A stretch of DNA of 62,912 nucleotides, the filler included, from Octopus bimaculoides (taxonomy: Eukaryota), in assembly GCF_001194135.2 (NCBI RefSeq). It is 4 parts of 3 records of this genome, joined end to end, with 100 filler letters (N's around TTAATTAATTAA, not from the genome) between each part and the next. Parts side by side here need not be neighbours in the genome. Positions count along the whole stretch, not along the records: positions 50,852 to 62,912 come from NC_068986.1; 3 more parts are not named here. The stretch is one strand, 5' to 3'. This document shows positions 51,753 through 62,912 of this stretch, one piece after another (position 1 is the stretch's first letter; each line of letters begins with the position of its first letter). The position numbers were made by a program, and so were the translations under genes. The notes below the pieces were generated by a model. That model was given only the letters and a program-made list of their open reading frames with translations. It did not search any database and was not told the origin of the DNA.

Positions 51753-52951
51753 NNNNNNNNNNNNNNNNNNNNNNNNNNNNNNNNNNNNNNNNNNNNNNNN
51801 NNNNNNNNNNNNNNNNNNNNNNNNNNNNNNNNNNNNNNNNNNNNNNNNNNNNNNNNNNNNNNNNNNNNNNNNNNNNNNNNNNNNNNNNNNNNNNNNNNNN
51901 NNNNNNNNNNNNNNNNNNNNNNNNNNNNNNNNNNNNNNNNNNNNNNNNNNNNNNNNNNNNNNNNNNNNNNNNNNNNNNNNNNNNNNNNNNNNNNNNNNNN
52001 NNNNNNNNNNNNNNNNNNNNNNNNNNNNNNNNNNNNNNNNNNNNNNNNNNNNNNNNNNNNNNNNNNNNNNNNNNNNNNNNNNNNNNNNNNNNNNNNNNNN
52101 NNNNNNNNNNNNNNNNNNNNNNNNNNNNNNNNNNNNNNNNNNNNNNNNNNNNNNNNNNNNNNNNNNNNNNNNNNNNNNNNNNNNNNNNNNNNNNNNNNNN
52201 NNNNNNNNNNNNNNNNNNNNNNNNNNNNNNNNNNNNNNNNNNNNNNNNNNNNNNNNNNNNNNNNNNNNNNNNNNNNNNNNNNNNNNNNNNNNNNNNNNNN
52301 NNNNNNNNNNNNNNNNNNNNNNNNNNNNNNNNNNNNNNNNNNNNNNNNNNNNNNNNNNNNNNNNNNNNNNNNNNNNNNNNNNNNNNNNNNNNNNNNNNNN
52401 NNNNNNNNNNNNNNNNNTATATATATTTTAAATAATATGAATACTTTTAAAAAAATAACGTCAATAAAGGGGGATTACTTTCTTGGTAAGGGACATAATT
52501 CAATAAGTAGCTAAAAACGTTCAAGAAAGCGATCCATTACCGGTTCAGCCATTCTCATTTTCAATGACTTCGAAAAAGAGGGGCAGTGCCCATGGGTTTG
52601 CAAGAGCCTCGGAGTCCGGAGGGAGGAAAGGAGAAAATTCTTCTAAAATCAGGGGCATTTCTGTGAACGTTTTATTATGATGTACTCTACTGAAATGTAT
52701 TGAGTAAAATTGATTTTATATATAATTTGACATAAAACAGTAATACATACATACATATATACATACATTATATACATGCATATGTGTGTATTGTGTGTGT
52801 GTATATATATAATACATACAAGTGAGTAGTTAAACAAATGTAGGGCACTGAACATTTATTGGGAGTTACATGTATAGAGCAAAACAGCTTGATTCAAACA
52901 CACACAGATACACACACACAGACACATACACACACATACACACACATACTA

Positions 52952-53625
52952 CACGTGGGGCAGAGAGGACGGACGTTTTTGAAATGGCTATTACTGAGCC
53001 CCAGAGGATGGGACATATGTTCGACAGGTACCATTCGGTCCGTGGTCTCTTAGCATTTCTTTTTCTTTTCAGGTGAAGTTATGGCGCTGTGGACGATAGA
53101 GCATCGCGTGTTTGCCTACGACAGTTATGTGAAGAATAACGAGTCTGGTACAACAGTTCAGCGCGAGTTTCGGCGCCACTTCAACATTCAGGCTGTTTCT
53201 ACCTGCAATACAATCTTACATTGGGTGAATGCATTTCGTACACGAGGTACACTAATGAATAGGAGACTGGCAGGCATCGGTAATCGATCGGTAAGGCGTA
53301 TTTTGCATGAAGACCTGCATTTCCGCCAGTACAAATTGGTCATTTGGCAATAGTTGAAACCATGGGACTATGCACACTGGCTTAACTTCGCGCGTCAGAT
53401 GGTGGCAATTTTTGAGGCAAATGACAACCTCATTTTGTTAATGAGTGATGAAGCTCGTTTTCATCTCAATGGCATGGTAAATCAACAGAACCGTCGTTAT
53501 TGGGTTCTTGAAAATCCGAGGGAACTGCAAGAAAGACAACTTCACAGCCCAAAAGTGACGGTCTAGTGTGCGGTTGGAAAAGCTGCTGTCATTGGTCTTT
53601 ACTTTTTTGAAGACAAATCAGGTTT
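52952..53625 (+). mobile_element. Tc1/mariner-superfamily transposase relic (DUF4817-like HTH; rosa/maT-like)
   Basis: MALWTIEHRVFAYDSYVKNNES...VQREFRRHFN...TILHWV..F, then LMSDEARFHLNGMVNQQNRRYW..ENP..LQERQLHSPKVTV*CAV....IGLYFFED, with stops and a deletion. Confidence 0.85.
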
Positions 53626-55092
53626 TGAAATTTGCTTTTCTTGAATTTTATATTTGCTCTTTCTTGTTGCAGAAGTACAACAGAACAGTTCGATACTTTA
53701 TAGTACACAATAGTATTGAGAAGAAAACAACCGTGAATGTAACGAATCGAATTATGTCTTTACTTGAATTACTTTTCTCGATGCTTCCGTGGTGTAAGAT
53801 TTTCAGTTTCAACAAACGGACTCAAATGAAGGAAGTACAACTTCAAAATACATACACATATAGATACACACACACACACACATAGACATATATATGCACA
53901 TATGCATACATGCACATATGCATACATGCACATACATACATATATCCACACATATACACATACACTTACACACATACACACAACGCACACACACACACAC
54001 AAAGTTTGGGAAAGAGAGAGAGTTCAGAGAAAGAGCTAGTATTCTCAATGGAAGATGTATTCTGCTGCTAATATAATCGACTACATCCTCTTCCTCCCCT
54101 ACTCTCCCTCTCCTTTACTCCCTCATCCCTTTCCTCCCTCATCCCTTTCCTCCCTTCCCTCACCCAATCCACTCCATCCCCTCACCCATCTTCTCACCCT
54201 CCCCTCCTCCTCTACATTATCATCAGAATCAGCATCCTCACGACTTCCACCATAGTACTCCAATGATATTTTTGCTCATCAATTTCACCAATGATAATTG
54301 AAAAAGATCGATAGATTCGGCTGGCCAAGTGCAACACCTGTGAAACAACCCAGCGGAACGAGTAATACTCAATGGGAAGGATGCGGGCGTGAGTTAAACC
54401 CGATATTATCTTTCTACTACTTAAAACAATGACTTGTCTAGCGAAAAACAGCAGCTGTCACAGACTTTCATATCGATTTTATACCGATTTACTGAAGCAC
54501 TGATTTGTCNNNNNNNNNNNNNNNNNNNNNNNNNNNNNNNNNNNNNNNNNNNNNNNNNNNNNNNNNNNNNNNNNNNNNNNNNNNNNNNNNNNNNNNNNNN
54601 NNNNNNNNNNNNNNNNNNNNNNNNNNNNNNNNNNNNNNNNNNNNNNNNNNNNNNNNNNNNNNNNNNNNNNNNNNNNNNNNNNNNNNNNNNNNNNNNNNNN
54701 NNNNNNNNNNNNNNNNNNNNNNNNNNNNNNNNNNNNNNNNNNNNNNNNNNNNNNNNNNNNNNNNNNNNNNNNNNNNNNNNNNNNNNNNNNNNNNNNNNNN
54801 NNNNNNNNNNNNNNNNNNNNNNNNNNNNNNNNNNNNNNNNNNNNNNNNNNNNNNNNNNNNNNNNNNNNNNNNNNNNNNNNNNNNNNNNNNNNNNNNNNNN
54901 NNNNNNNNNNNNNNNNNNNNNNNNNNNNNNNNNNNNNNNNNNNNNNNNNNNNNNNNNNNNNNNNNNNNNNNNNNNNNNNNNNNNNNNNNNNNNNNNNNNN
55001 NNNNNNNNNNNNNNNNNNNNNNNNNNNNNNNNNNNNNNNNNNNNNNNNNNNNNNNNNNNNNNNNNNNNNNNNNNNNNNNNNNNNNNNNNNNN

Positions 55093-55143
<51 letters not shown>

Positions 55144-55244
55144 TATATGCATATGTACGTTGGCATGTATGTACGCACATATACTAAGCACACACACGAG
55201 CACACACAGATACACACACGTATAAATCTGAAAATAGATACAAT

Positions 55245-55464
55245 AGAGTGATGAAAAGTTCTAGACTCTAAGGGTGTGACGAAAAGTCTAGTTGAAAGCC
55301 CGACCTTCTGATTTCTTTTACAGGGCTTAGGAAAAACTGAAGGACCGCTGCAATATGTGTGAATCTGGGAAGAGAAATATGTTGAAAAAAAAAATCATAA
55401 TAATTGACTGATCTTCCTGTATTTCCTTTTACCCAAAGTGAGGAACTTTTCAGCAAATGTTTGC

Positions 55465-55465
<1 letters not shown>
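55245..55465 (+). mobile_element. Short non-autonomous mariner remnant (transposase C-terminal end)
   Basis: ...KLKDRCNMC.NLGREYVE-like end of a mariner ORF. Degenerate TIR gaaaagttct / ggaacttttcagc. Confidence 0.55.
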
Positions 55466-55509
<44 letters not shown>

Positions 55510-56069
55510 AGACAGATAGAATAAGTACTGGGATCGATTTGCCTCACTAAGAATTATTCAAGAAGCCATAAAGAGGGTTAACTCGAAGACCCAATCAATT
55601 CATATATTTTATCTTTTTCTTGTTTCGGTCATTGAATTGCGGTTATGTTAGGGCACCACCTTAGAGGATTCGGCTAAACCCTTCAAGGCAGTACCCCAGC
55701 ATAACCACAATTCAATGAGTGAAACAAAGAAAAGATAAGATATGTGAGATGACTGGGTCTTCAAGTTTCCCCATTTATGATTTCTTGAATCATTCTTAGT
55801 GAGGCAAATATATCTAACAGATTTGGCTCCACACAATTTACTGAGTTCTTTCATCAGCAAATATTCATTGTATTTTATAATTTGTAATTTAACGACTCTA
55901 TAACACGTACATCTGTGTGTGTTTGTGTATGTATGTATGTTTGTATGTGTGTATATATGTTTGTTTGTTTGTATGTATGTATGTATGTATGTATGTATGT
56001 ATGTACGTGTTTGTTTTTGTGTGTGTATGTGTGTGTTTATGGTTGATGTACATCGTCTGAAGGATGTAT

Positions 56070-56445
56070 TGTTGTTGTTGGCACTACGTCGAGGGTTCCA
56101 GTTGATCCGATCAACGGAACAGCCTGCTCGTGAAATTAACGTGCAAGTGGCTGAGCACTCCACAGACACGTGTACCCTTAACGTAGTTCTCGAGGATATT
56201 CAGCGTGACACAGTGTGACAAGGCTGACCCTTTGAATTACAGGCACAACAGAAACAGGAAGTAAGAGTGAGAGAAAGTTGTGGTGAAAGAGTACAGCAGG
56301 GTTCGCCACCATCCCCTGCCGGAGCCTTGTGGAGCTTTAGGTGTTTTCGCTCAATAAACACTCACAACGCCTGGTCTGGGAATCGAAACCGCGATCCTAT
56401 GACTGTGAGTCCACTGCCCTAACCACTGGGCCATTGCGCCTCCAC
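56070..56445 (-). mobile_element. SINE family C, full length
   Basis: Highly similar to 49521-49896. Perfect 12-bp TSD TGAAGGATGTAT at 56058-56069 and 56446-56457. Confidence 0.93.
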
Positions 56446-58348
56446 TGAAGGATGTATAAGTATCGGCGAAAAAACTGATAAACCTTGTGTGGTATTTGTT
56501 TCGCTCATGTTGCATATACACTGTTTTGTCATTCTCTGAAATGATCATCTTTCTAGGAACTTGTAACCAAGGACGCTTTGGTTCACAAATGTCATATAAA
56601 TTAAAAATAGATGAATAATCCAAATTGGCAGATGTTGGTGTATCTGTATTATTTCAACTTAAAGAAAGAGGATACTTTACATATGCCAAAAGATATGATC
56701 ATGACTGAAACTTTTGTATTTAAGTATTTTAGTTTTTTGTATGCAAATTATCAGAAAGTTCTAAAACCTAACTCAAACACATCATTAGGTGATGAAATGA
56801 ATAGAATAAGAACTTGGAGAAAATGTGTTGTCATCGACTGGCCATTCTGTTAGCCTATCGGTAACATATTTTCACCGATCTCTAGGATTATTTTCTATTT
56901 TATAATTGATAAGGTGAATCTTTCCCGAAATATAATAGAGGCTTTAAATAACCCATGATTAAATTTTTTTTTCAAAATTACTTTTTAGTTTTGTTCTATG
57001 AAGTTTCGTACACCGTCATTGCACAAATCCAAAACCATGTTTGAGTTTATAGAAGAAACAGTTGCCACCATTTCGCTCAGCCATTCTTCATTACACGAGG
57101 AGACGCTGTGAATGACCCTCTAAGACCCTTTTCATATTGAGAGGGGTGAAGAAAGAGAGACAGCGACAAAGTGAGAATGATTGAATCTGGTATATAAATG
57201 GTACTTTATCTATCGATCCCAGAACGATAAAATGTAAAGTTGACCTCGGTTGCATTTGAACTTAGAGCACAGAGATTCGGAACAAGGCACTCTAACGAAT
57301 CTAAACCCTCACTTTTTTCAAAGTAGACACCAACTAAATCTCTTCAGTGAAGATTGGGAAAATCGATTGGATCGATCCCAATTTGAGAGCAGAAACCTGC
57401 TTCGTTAATCAAGTATTGATTAACACAACCACAAAATTGACCCTGTACCTAATTAAAATAAATCCGTATTTTTCATTTTATCTAACAACATTTCACACTG
57501 AATGAAACTAACTCGCATCTATCCATCATATTATTCACCATAATCTAGCCACATCTCAAATAATGAATTTCGAAGTTGTTACGTATAGTTTATTTTATAA
57601 TTATTAGAACTAAAAAACTAAAAATTAAAACAATAAAAGGACAAAACAAAAAATGCATCCCTAATTTCAGAATCAGACGAAGCGTTTAGTTTCCTTTTTA
57701 ATTTTCTTTTTTTTTTTCCTTTCTTTCTCTCTTTTTTCTTTTTTTTGTCTTTTCCGAAATGGAGGTCACATTGAAATTAAGCAACAATAGCAACATCAAT
57801 AAGCACATAGCAACAGCTGTTTGTTTTAGCTCTAATGAACGAACATTGCTTTTATTAAATGAATTTTTGATTGAAATTTTAATAAGCTTCCATTCCAGTA
57901 ACACGTGGACTTAAATTTTCAATAAAACAATCATTAAATGGATTTGTGAAGTTTTTTTTTTTTAAAGTTTTAATTGCAACCTCGGGAATAATGGTAAACT
58001 AGTTGTTTGTTATGCATTGGCTTCCAGAAGACAAAAATAAATAGATAAATAAAAAGTAAAAATATATAAATAAAATAAAATGAAACAGAATAAAATAAAT
58101 AAAATTAGAGCTCGTGGTCTTTAGCTGGTTAACCATCCCACTGTTGATTGATTATTGTTTAACAATAGCGGAGGGGTGCATAATGAAGTTCCACTGAAAT
58201 ATGCTACTGGGGTTATTGATGGGTTTCTTGAACAAGACAAAGCAGTGTGAGATTTGGTACAACATTGAAAATAATCGTTACAAACAACCTAATAATCCAC
58301 AAACGCACGCTCGCGCACGCACACAAATTGGATTCTAAAATATAAATA

Positions 58349-58950
58349 CAGTAATGTCTCACTTTATGAGGACCCGCTTTACGAGACCCCGGGTTCACGA
58401 GTATTATTTTATTATAAATATAAAAAGGTTAAACAACCATTTTGCGTGTGTGGCAACTTCGCAACATGTGGCAACACTGGTTCTGAAGTGCCTACACAGC
58501 AGCATATAGCAACGGAGTAAAATGACGGCTTAGAATTTGTAGAGAGCGAAAGAAAGCTTCTTCTAAGTAAACAGCTCTAGACTTATTTTAAAAAGAAATC
58601 TATAAGTCCGTCTACGAGTGCTTGTGAATCGGCAATCGCGTCTACAAGTGACGGTGTGCGCGAGTCTAGTGCGTGTGAAAGTGATTCAGAAAGCAATTAT
58701 AATAATATTTTTTTTATTATAAATAATCTTGACATTCTTTTTACTTTACATAAAATGTTCTTTACATTCTACCACTATTTTATTGCTATTTATTTACGTA
58801 TATTACAAATTTTATAAGTAAGACATTTTTCTGGAAACGAATTACGATTTATAATATTGCTACTATGGGAAATTATTGCCCTGCTTTACGAGTTTTCGCT
58901 CTACGGGCGGTTTCCGGGAACAAGTTAACTCGCAAATCGAGGCATTACTG
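58349..58950. mobile_element. Tigger/pogo-type MITE
   Basis: TA flanks. TIRs CAGTAATGTCTCACTTTATGAG / CTCGCAAATCGAGGCATTACTG. Confidence 0.8.
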
Positions 58951-59146
58951 TATAAAAATAAACGCATAAACGCACTCATGTATGCACACACACACACACT
59001 CACGAATAATACATATATATGAAGAAACTTGGAGATGAGAAACTTGGACGTGACAGTCAATCCTTTTGTTTATTTATTTAATTTGACGTCATTCACATTG
59101 TTTGAAATTCAGTTGTGTCTTCGTCACCAATTCGGAAAGTATAGAA

Positions 59147-59326
59147 CAGTGCTCCGCAACCTTTTTTCTCTTGCGGTACACATATTCTTTTTAAAATTCG
59201 GCGGCACACCTGAAGTAAAAATATAGCTAAAAGTATAAGGAAAAAAATTATATCCGGGTTACACTGCGGCATACCTAGCATCGTGGTGCACTAGTGTGCC
59301 GCGGTAATACCGGTTGCGGAGCACTG
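59147..59326. mobile_element. hAT-type MITE
   Basis: Perfect 15-bp TIR CAGTGCTCCGCAACC. Perfect 8-bp TSD GTATAGAA at 59139-59146 and 59327-59334. Confidence 0.94.
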
Positions 59327-59802
59327 GTATAGAACAAAGTGAAAAAATAGGAAAAGTCACACAAGTTTATGAAGAGGGGTGAAGAACGATAAAATGTAAA
59401 GTTGACCTCGGTTGCATTTGAACTTAGAGCACAAAGATTCGGAACAAATACTACAAGGCACTCTAATGAATCTAATCCCTTACAAAGTAGACACCAACTA
59501 AATCTTTTCAGTGAAGATGGGGAAAATCACACACAGACGCACGCACACACACACACAGATATACGTACGTACGTACATCCATCCGAACTTGGGATCATGG
59601 GGAGAGAATGTAAATCCTTAATTCATATGCTACAAATAATCACGATATCAGGGTCCTTGAAACTCTGCAAGCCCTCGTTAAGATTTAAAGGATGATGGTT
59701 AAAACAAGTTACTTTCCTTTACAACCTTGCTACCAAATAGGTTGCTGGTCAAAAATTACTCTTAGTTAAAAAGTGAAAGAGGACATAGATACATACATAC
59801 AT

Positions 59803-60163
59803 TTGTTGTTGGCACTCCGTCGCTTACGATGTCGAGGGTTCCAGTTGAGCTTGCTCGTGAAATTAACGTGCAAGTGGCTGAGCACTCCACCGACACGTGT
59901 ACCCTTAACATAGTTCTCGGGGATATTCAGCGTGACTAGGCTGGTCCTTTGAATTACAGGTACAACAGAAACAGGAAGTAAGAGTGAGAGAAAGTTGTGA
60001 TGAAAGAATACAGCAGGGTTCGCCACCATCCCCTGCTGGATCCTCGTGGAGCTTTAGGTGTTTTTGCTCAATAAACACTTAACAACACCCGGTCTGGGAA
60101 TCGAAACCGCGATCCTATGACCGCGAGTCCGCTGCCCTAACCACTGGGCCATTGCGCCTCCAC
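59803..60163 (-). mobile_element. SINE family C
   Basis: Third copy with a small internal deletion, lying in (CATA)n. Confidence 0.9.
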
Positions 60164-60574
60164 TTCATACATGCATACATACATACATACATATATACAT
60201 AAGGTCACTGTCAACTCCTAAACGCATATGACTATCACCGACAAGTTACCTTATCCAAGATGTTGAAGACAATAGCTTTCAACAATGTCCGTACTGAAAT
60301 CTAAAGTTAATAACGGCTGAGGAGTCGAAAGCAGGCGAAATCACATAACCTGGTAGTTCCGGCAGCTGTGGTAGATGATTCTTGTCTTTCGACGATATAA
60401 ATACGAGTGCTTTTATGTACCACAGGTATATATGAGAGGTTCTCTCTGAGTAAATAACGTAGTATCCAGTGTTCTAATAACACAGCCACTTTAAGTTGGA
60501 CTGCCTCTTAGTATTAATACTGCTTCTGTCGCTGTTACACCCCTCACACACACACACACACACACATACACACC

Positions 60575-62154
60575 CTAGCCTAAGTACCCGGTGTTGCTCG
60601 GAAATTTAAATAATGTTAAAGGAAATAACTATATTTATTCTGATAAAAAAGATATTTTCAGAAATATTCTATCAGATGACGTAAGTATAAACAAAGTTAT
60701 TAAAGCAAATTCTGAAATCAGTCACAGTTTAATTTTGTAGAACTTCTAAATATACAATGTTTTTAGTGTGTCCTTTAATTGGTGTACAAAGAAAAAGGGT
60801 TATGGGACTCCCAACTCGCGAACATCCTACATATAATTGAGAGAAGCAATGCGAAGCAAGGTTAAATCTAATAACATTGAGAGATTGTGCTTGAGATTTG
60901 TTTATGGACGTAGCAAAACTTAGTTTCACTGGGAACTGGGGCCGTTTAAATTCAGAGGTGAGGTGATGTGGGATTAATGGGGTCCTTGGAATGAAGACAT
61001 CGTCACCCTTATATTTCCCAAGAGAAGTTAGTTTTAGCGGTAAGGCCTAAACCCCTTGTTTCATTATGACAATTAAAAACCGTTTATCTTTACTTAAAAA
61101 AAAAAAAAAACAGAGGTTGGGGTCGTAGATGTATGACGGAGAATTATTCAATATAGTGTTTGCTTCTGTTAGAATCGTTTACCTTTAATGCGGAAAAACA
61201 AAACCGACGTATATGACAGGTATGTAAAACATTTTTCTGTTTTTGAAAAAAAGTTTAAAATTTAGTGACCCCTCCCCTAGAACCTTCGCCGAGTAATGAA
61301 AAATCTCCATGCCAAATTTGGTACAGATTGATTCAGCGGTTTGGCTGTGCAGNNNNNNNNNNNNNNNNNNNNNNNNNNNNNNNNNNNNNNNNNNNNNNNN
61401 NNNNNNNNNNNNNNNNNNNNNNNNNNNNNNNNNNNNNNNNNNNNNNNNNNNNNNNNNNNNNNNNNNNNNNNNNNNNNNNNNNNNNNNNNNNNNNNNNNNN
61501 NNNNNNNNNNNNNNNNNNNNNNNNNNNNNNNNNNNNNNNNNNNNNNNNNNNNNNNNNNNNNNNNNNNNNNNNNNNNNNNNNNNNNNNNNNNNNNNNNNNN
61601 NNNNNNNNNNNNNNNNNNNNNNNNNNNNNNNNNNNNNNNNNNNNNNNNNNNNNNNNNNNNNNNNNNNNNNNNNNNNNNNNNNNNNNNNNNNNNNNNNNNN
61701 NNNNNNNNNNNNNNNNNNNNNNNNNNNNNNNNNNNNNNNNNNNNNNNNNNNNNNNNNNNNNNNNNNNNNNNNNNNNNNNNNNNNNNNNNNNNNNNNNNNN
61801 NNNNNNNNNNNNNNNNNNNNNNNNNNNNNNNNNNNNNNNNNNNNNNNNNNNNNNNNNNNNNNNNNNNNNNNNNNNNNNNNNNNNNNNNNNNNNNNNNNNN
61901 NNNNNNNNNNNNNNNNNNNNNNNNNNNNNNNNNNNNNNNNNNNNNNNNNNNNNNNNNNNNNNNNNNNNNNNNNNNNNNNNNNNNNNNNNNNNNNNNNNNN
62001 NNNNNNNNNNNNNNNNNNNNNNNNNNNNNNNNNNNNNNNNNNNNNNNNNNNNNNNNNNNNNNNNNNNNNNNNNNNNNNNNNNNNNNNNNNNNNNNNNNNN
62101 NNNNNNNNNNNNNNNNNNNNNNNNNNNNNNNNNNNNNNNNNNNNNNNNNNNNNN

Positions 62155-62195
<41 letters not shown>

Positions 62196-62650
62196 GACAG
62201 AGAATTATGAAAAGTGAAACTATAGTGTTATGAAAAATGAAACTATTATGCTGCTTATGAAAAGTAAAACTATAGCATTATGAAAAGTGAAATTATTATA
62301 CTACTGCAAAGAAAAATTCGAAACGGTCGTATAGTGGGGGTGAGATTTAGTCCCCTATATGGGCAAGGGCCAAAATTTGACCCCCTTACAACCTCCCTCG
62401 AGAAATGAAAATCCTTCATGCCAAATTTGGTATTATACTGCTGAGAAAAAAGTCGGGAGGGTTGTCTAGAAGGAACTACAGCCCCCTATATGAGCAAGGT
62501 CCAAAATTTGACACCCCTAGAACCTTCCCAGAGTAGTGAAAAACCTTCATGCCAAATTTGGTACAAGCTGATCGAGCAGTTTGGCTGTTCATAGAGGAAA
62601 CACACACACACATAAACACACACACAGATAGAGGATTATATATATATATA
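60575..62650 (-). mobile_element. Non-autonomous Helitron (duplicated 5' modules, PIF1 helicase C-terminal remnant, 3' hairpin plus CTAG)
   Basis: GKYKGDDVFIPRTPLIP...EFKRPQFPVKLSFATSINKSQAQSL...CFSQLYVGCSRVG...TKNIVYLEVL at 60735-61040. 3' end CCGAGCAACACCGGG-TACTTAGG-CTAG at 60602-60575. Repeated catgccaaatttggta modules at about 61310, 62420 and 62550. It may be more than one element. Confidence 0.75.
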
Positions 62651-62652
62651 TA

Positions 62653-62912
62653 GGCGCAGGAATGGCTGTGTGGTAAGTAGCTTGCTTACCAACCACATGG
62701 TTCTGGGTTCATTCCCACTGCGTGGCACCTTGGGCAAGTGTCTTCTACTATAGCCTCGGGCCGACCAAAGCCTTGTGAGTGGATTTGGTAGATGGAAACT
62801 GAAAGAAGCCCGTCGTATATATGTATATATATATATATATATATATGTGTATGTGTGTGTGTGTGTGTGTGTATGTTTGTGTCTGTGTTTGTCCCCACCA
62901 ACATCGCTTCAC
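62653..62912 (+). mobile_element. SINE family B with intact tRNA-like head (runs off window)
   Basis: GGCGCAGGAATGGCTGTGTGGTAAG...GGTTCATTCCC (A and B boxes), then gcaccttgggcaagtgtctt, which resembles the CORE-SINE domain. Confidence 0.9.

Overview
Repeat-rich eukaryotic genomic DNA with many N gaps. The microsatellite load and SINE set suggest a coleoid cephalopod, probably Octopus (inference). One host gene is well supported: a + strand AA15-type lytic polysaccharide monooxygenase (LPMO). Its three visible exons (3738-4155, 7215-7442, 10936-11312) splice in frame to give 340 aa plus a stop codon: catalytic domain, Ser/Thr linker and a C-terminal six-Cys module. The exon carrying the signal peptide and His1 is not visible. 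The rest is mobile DNA: a decayed L1/Tx1-like LINE, three R4/Dong-like LINE pieces (two embedded in microsatellites), two Helitron relics, Tc1/mariner relics, hAT, piggyBac, Tigger and mariner MITEs, and three tRNA-derived SINE families. The most notable non-coding signals are a complete type I hammerhead ribozyme fold (22904-22965, minus strand) with related degenerate motifs elsewhere, and a pre-miRNA-like hairpin at 51273-51396. All family calls come from motif recognition by eye; no database searches were run.
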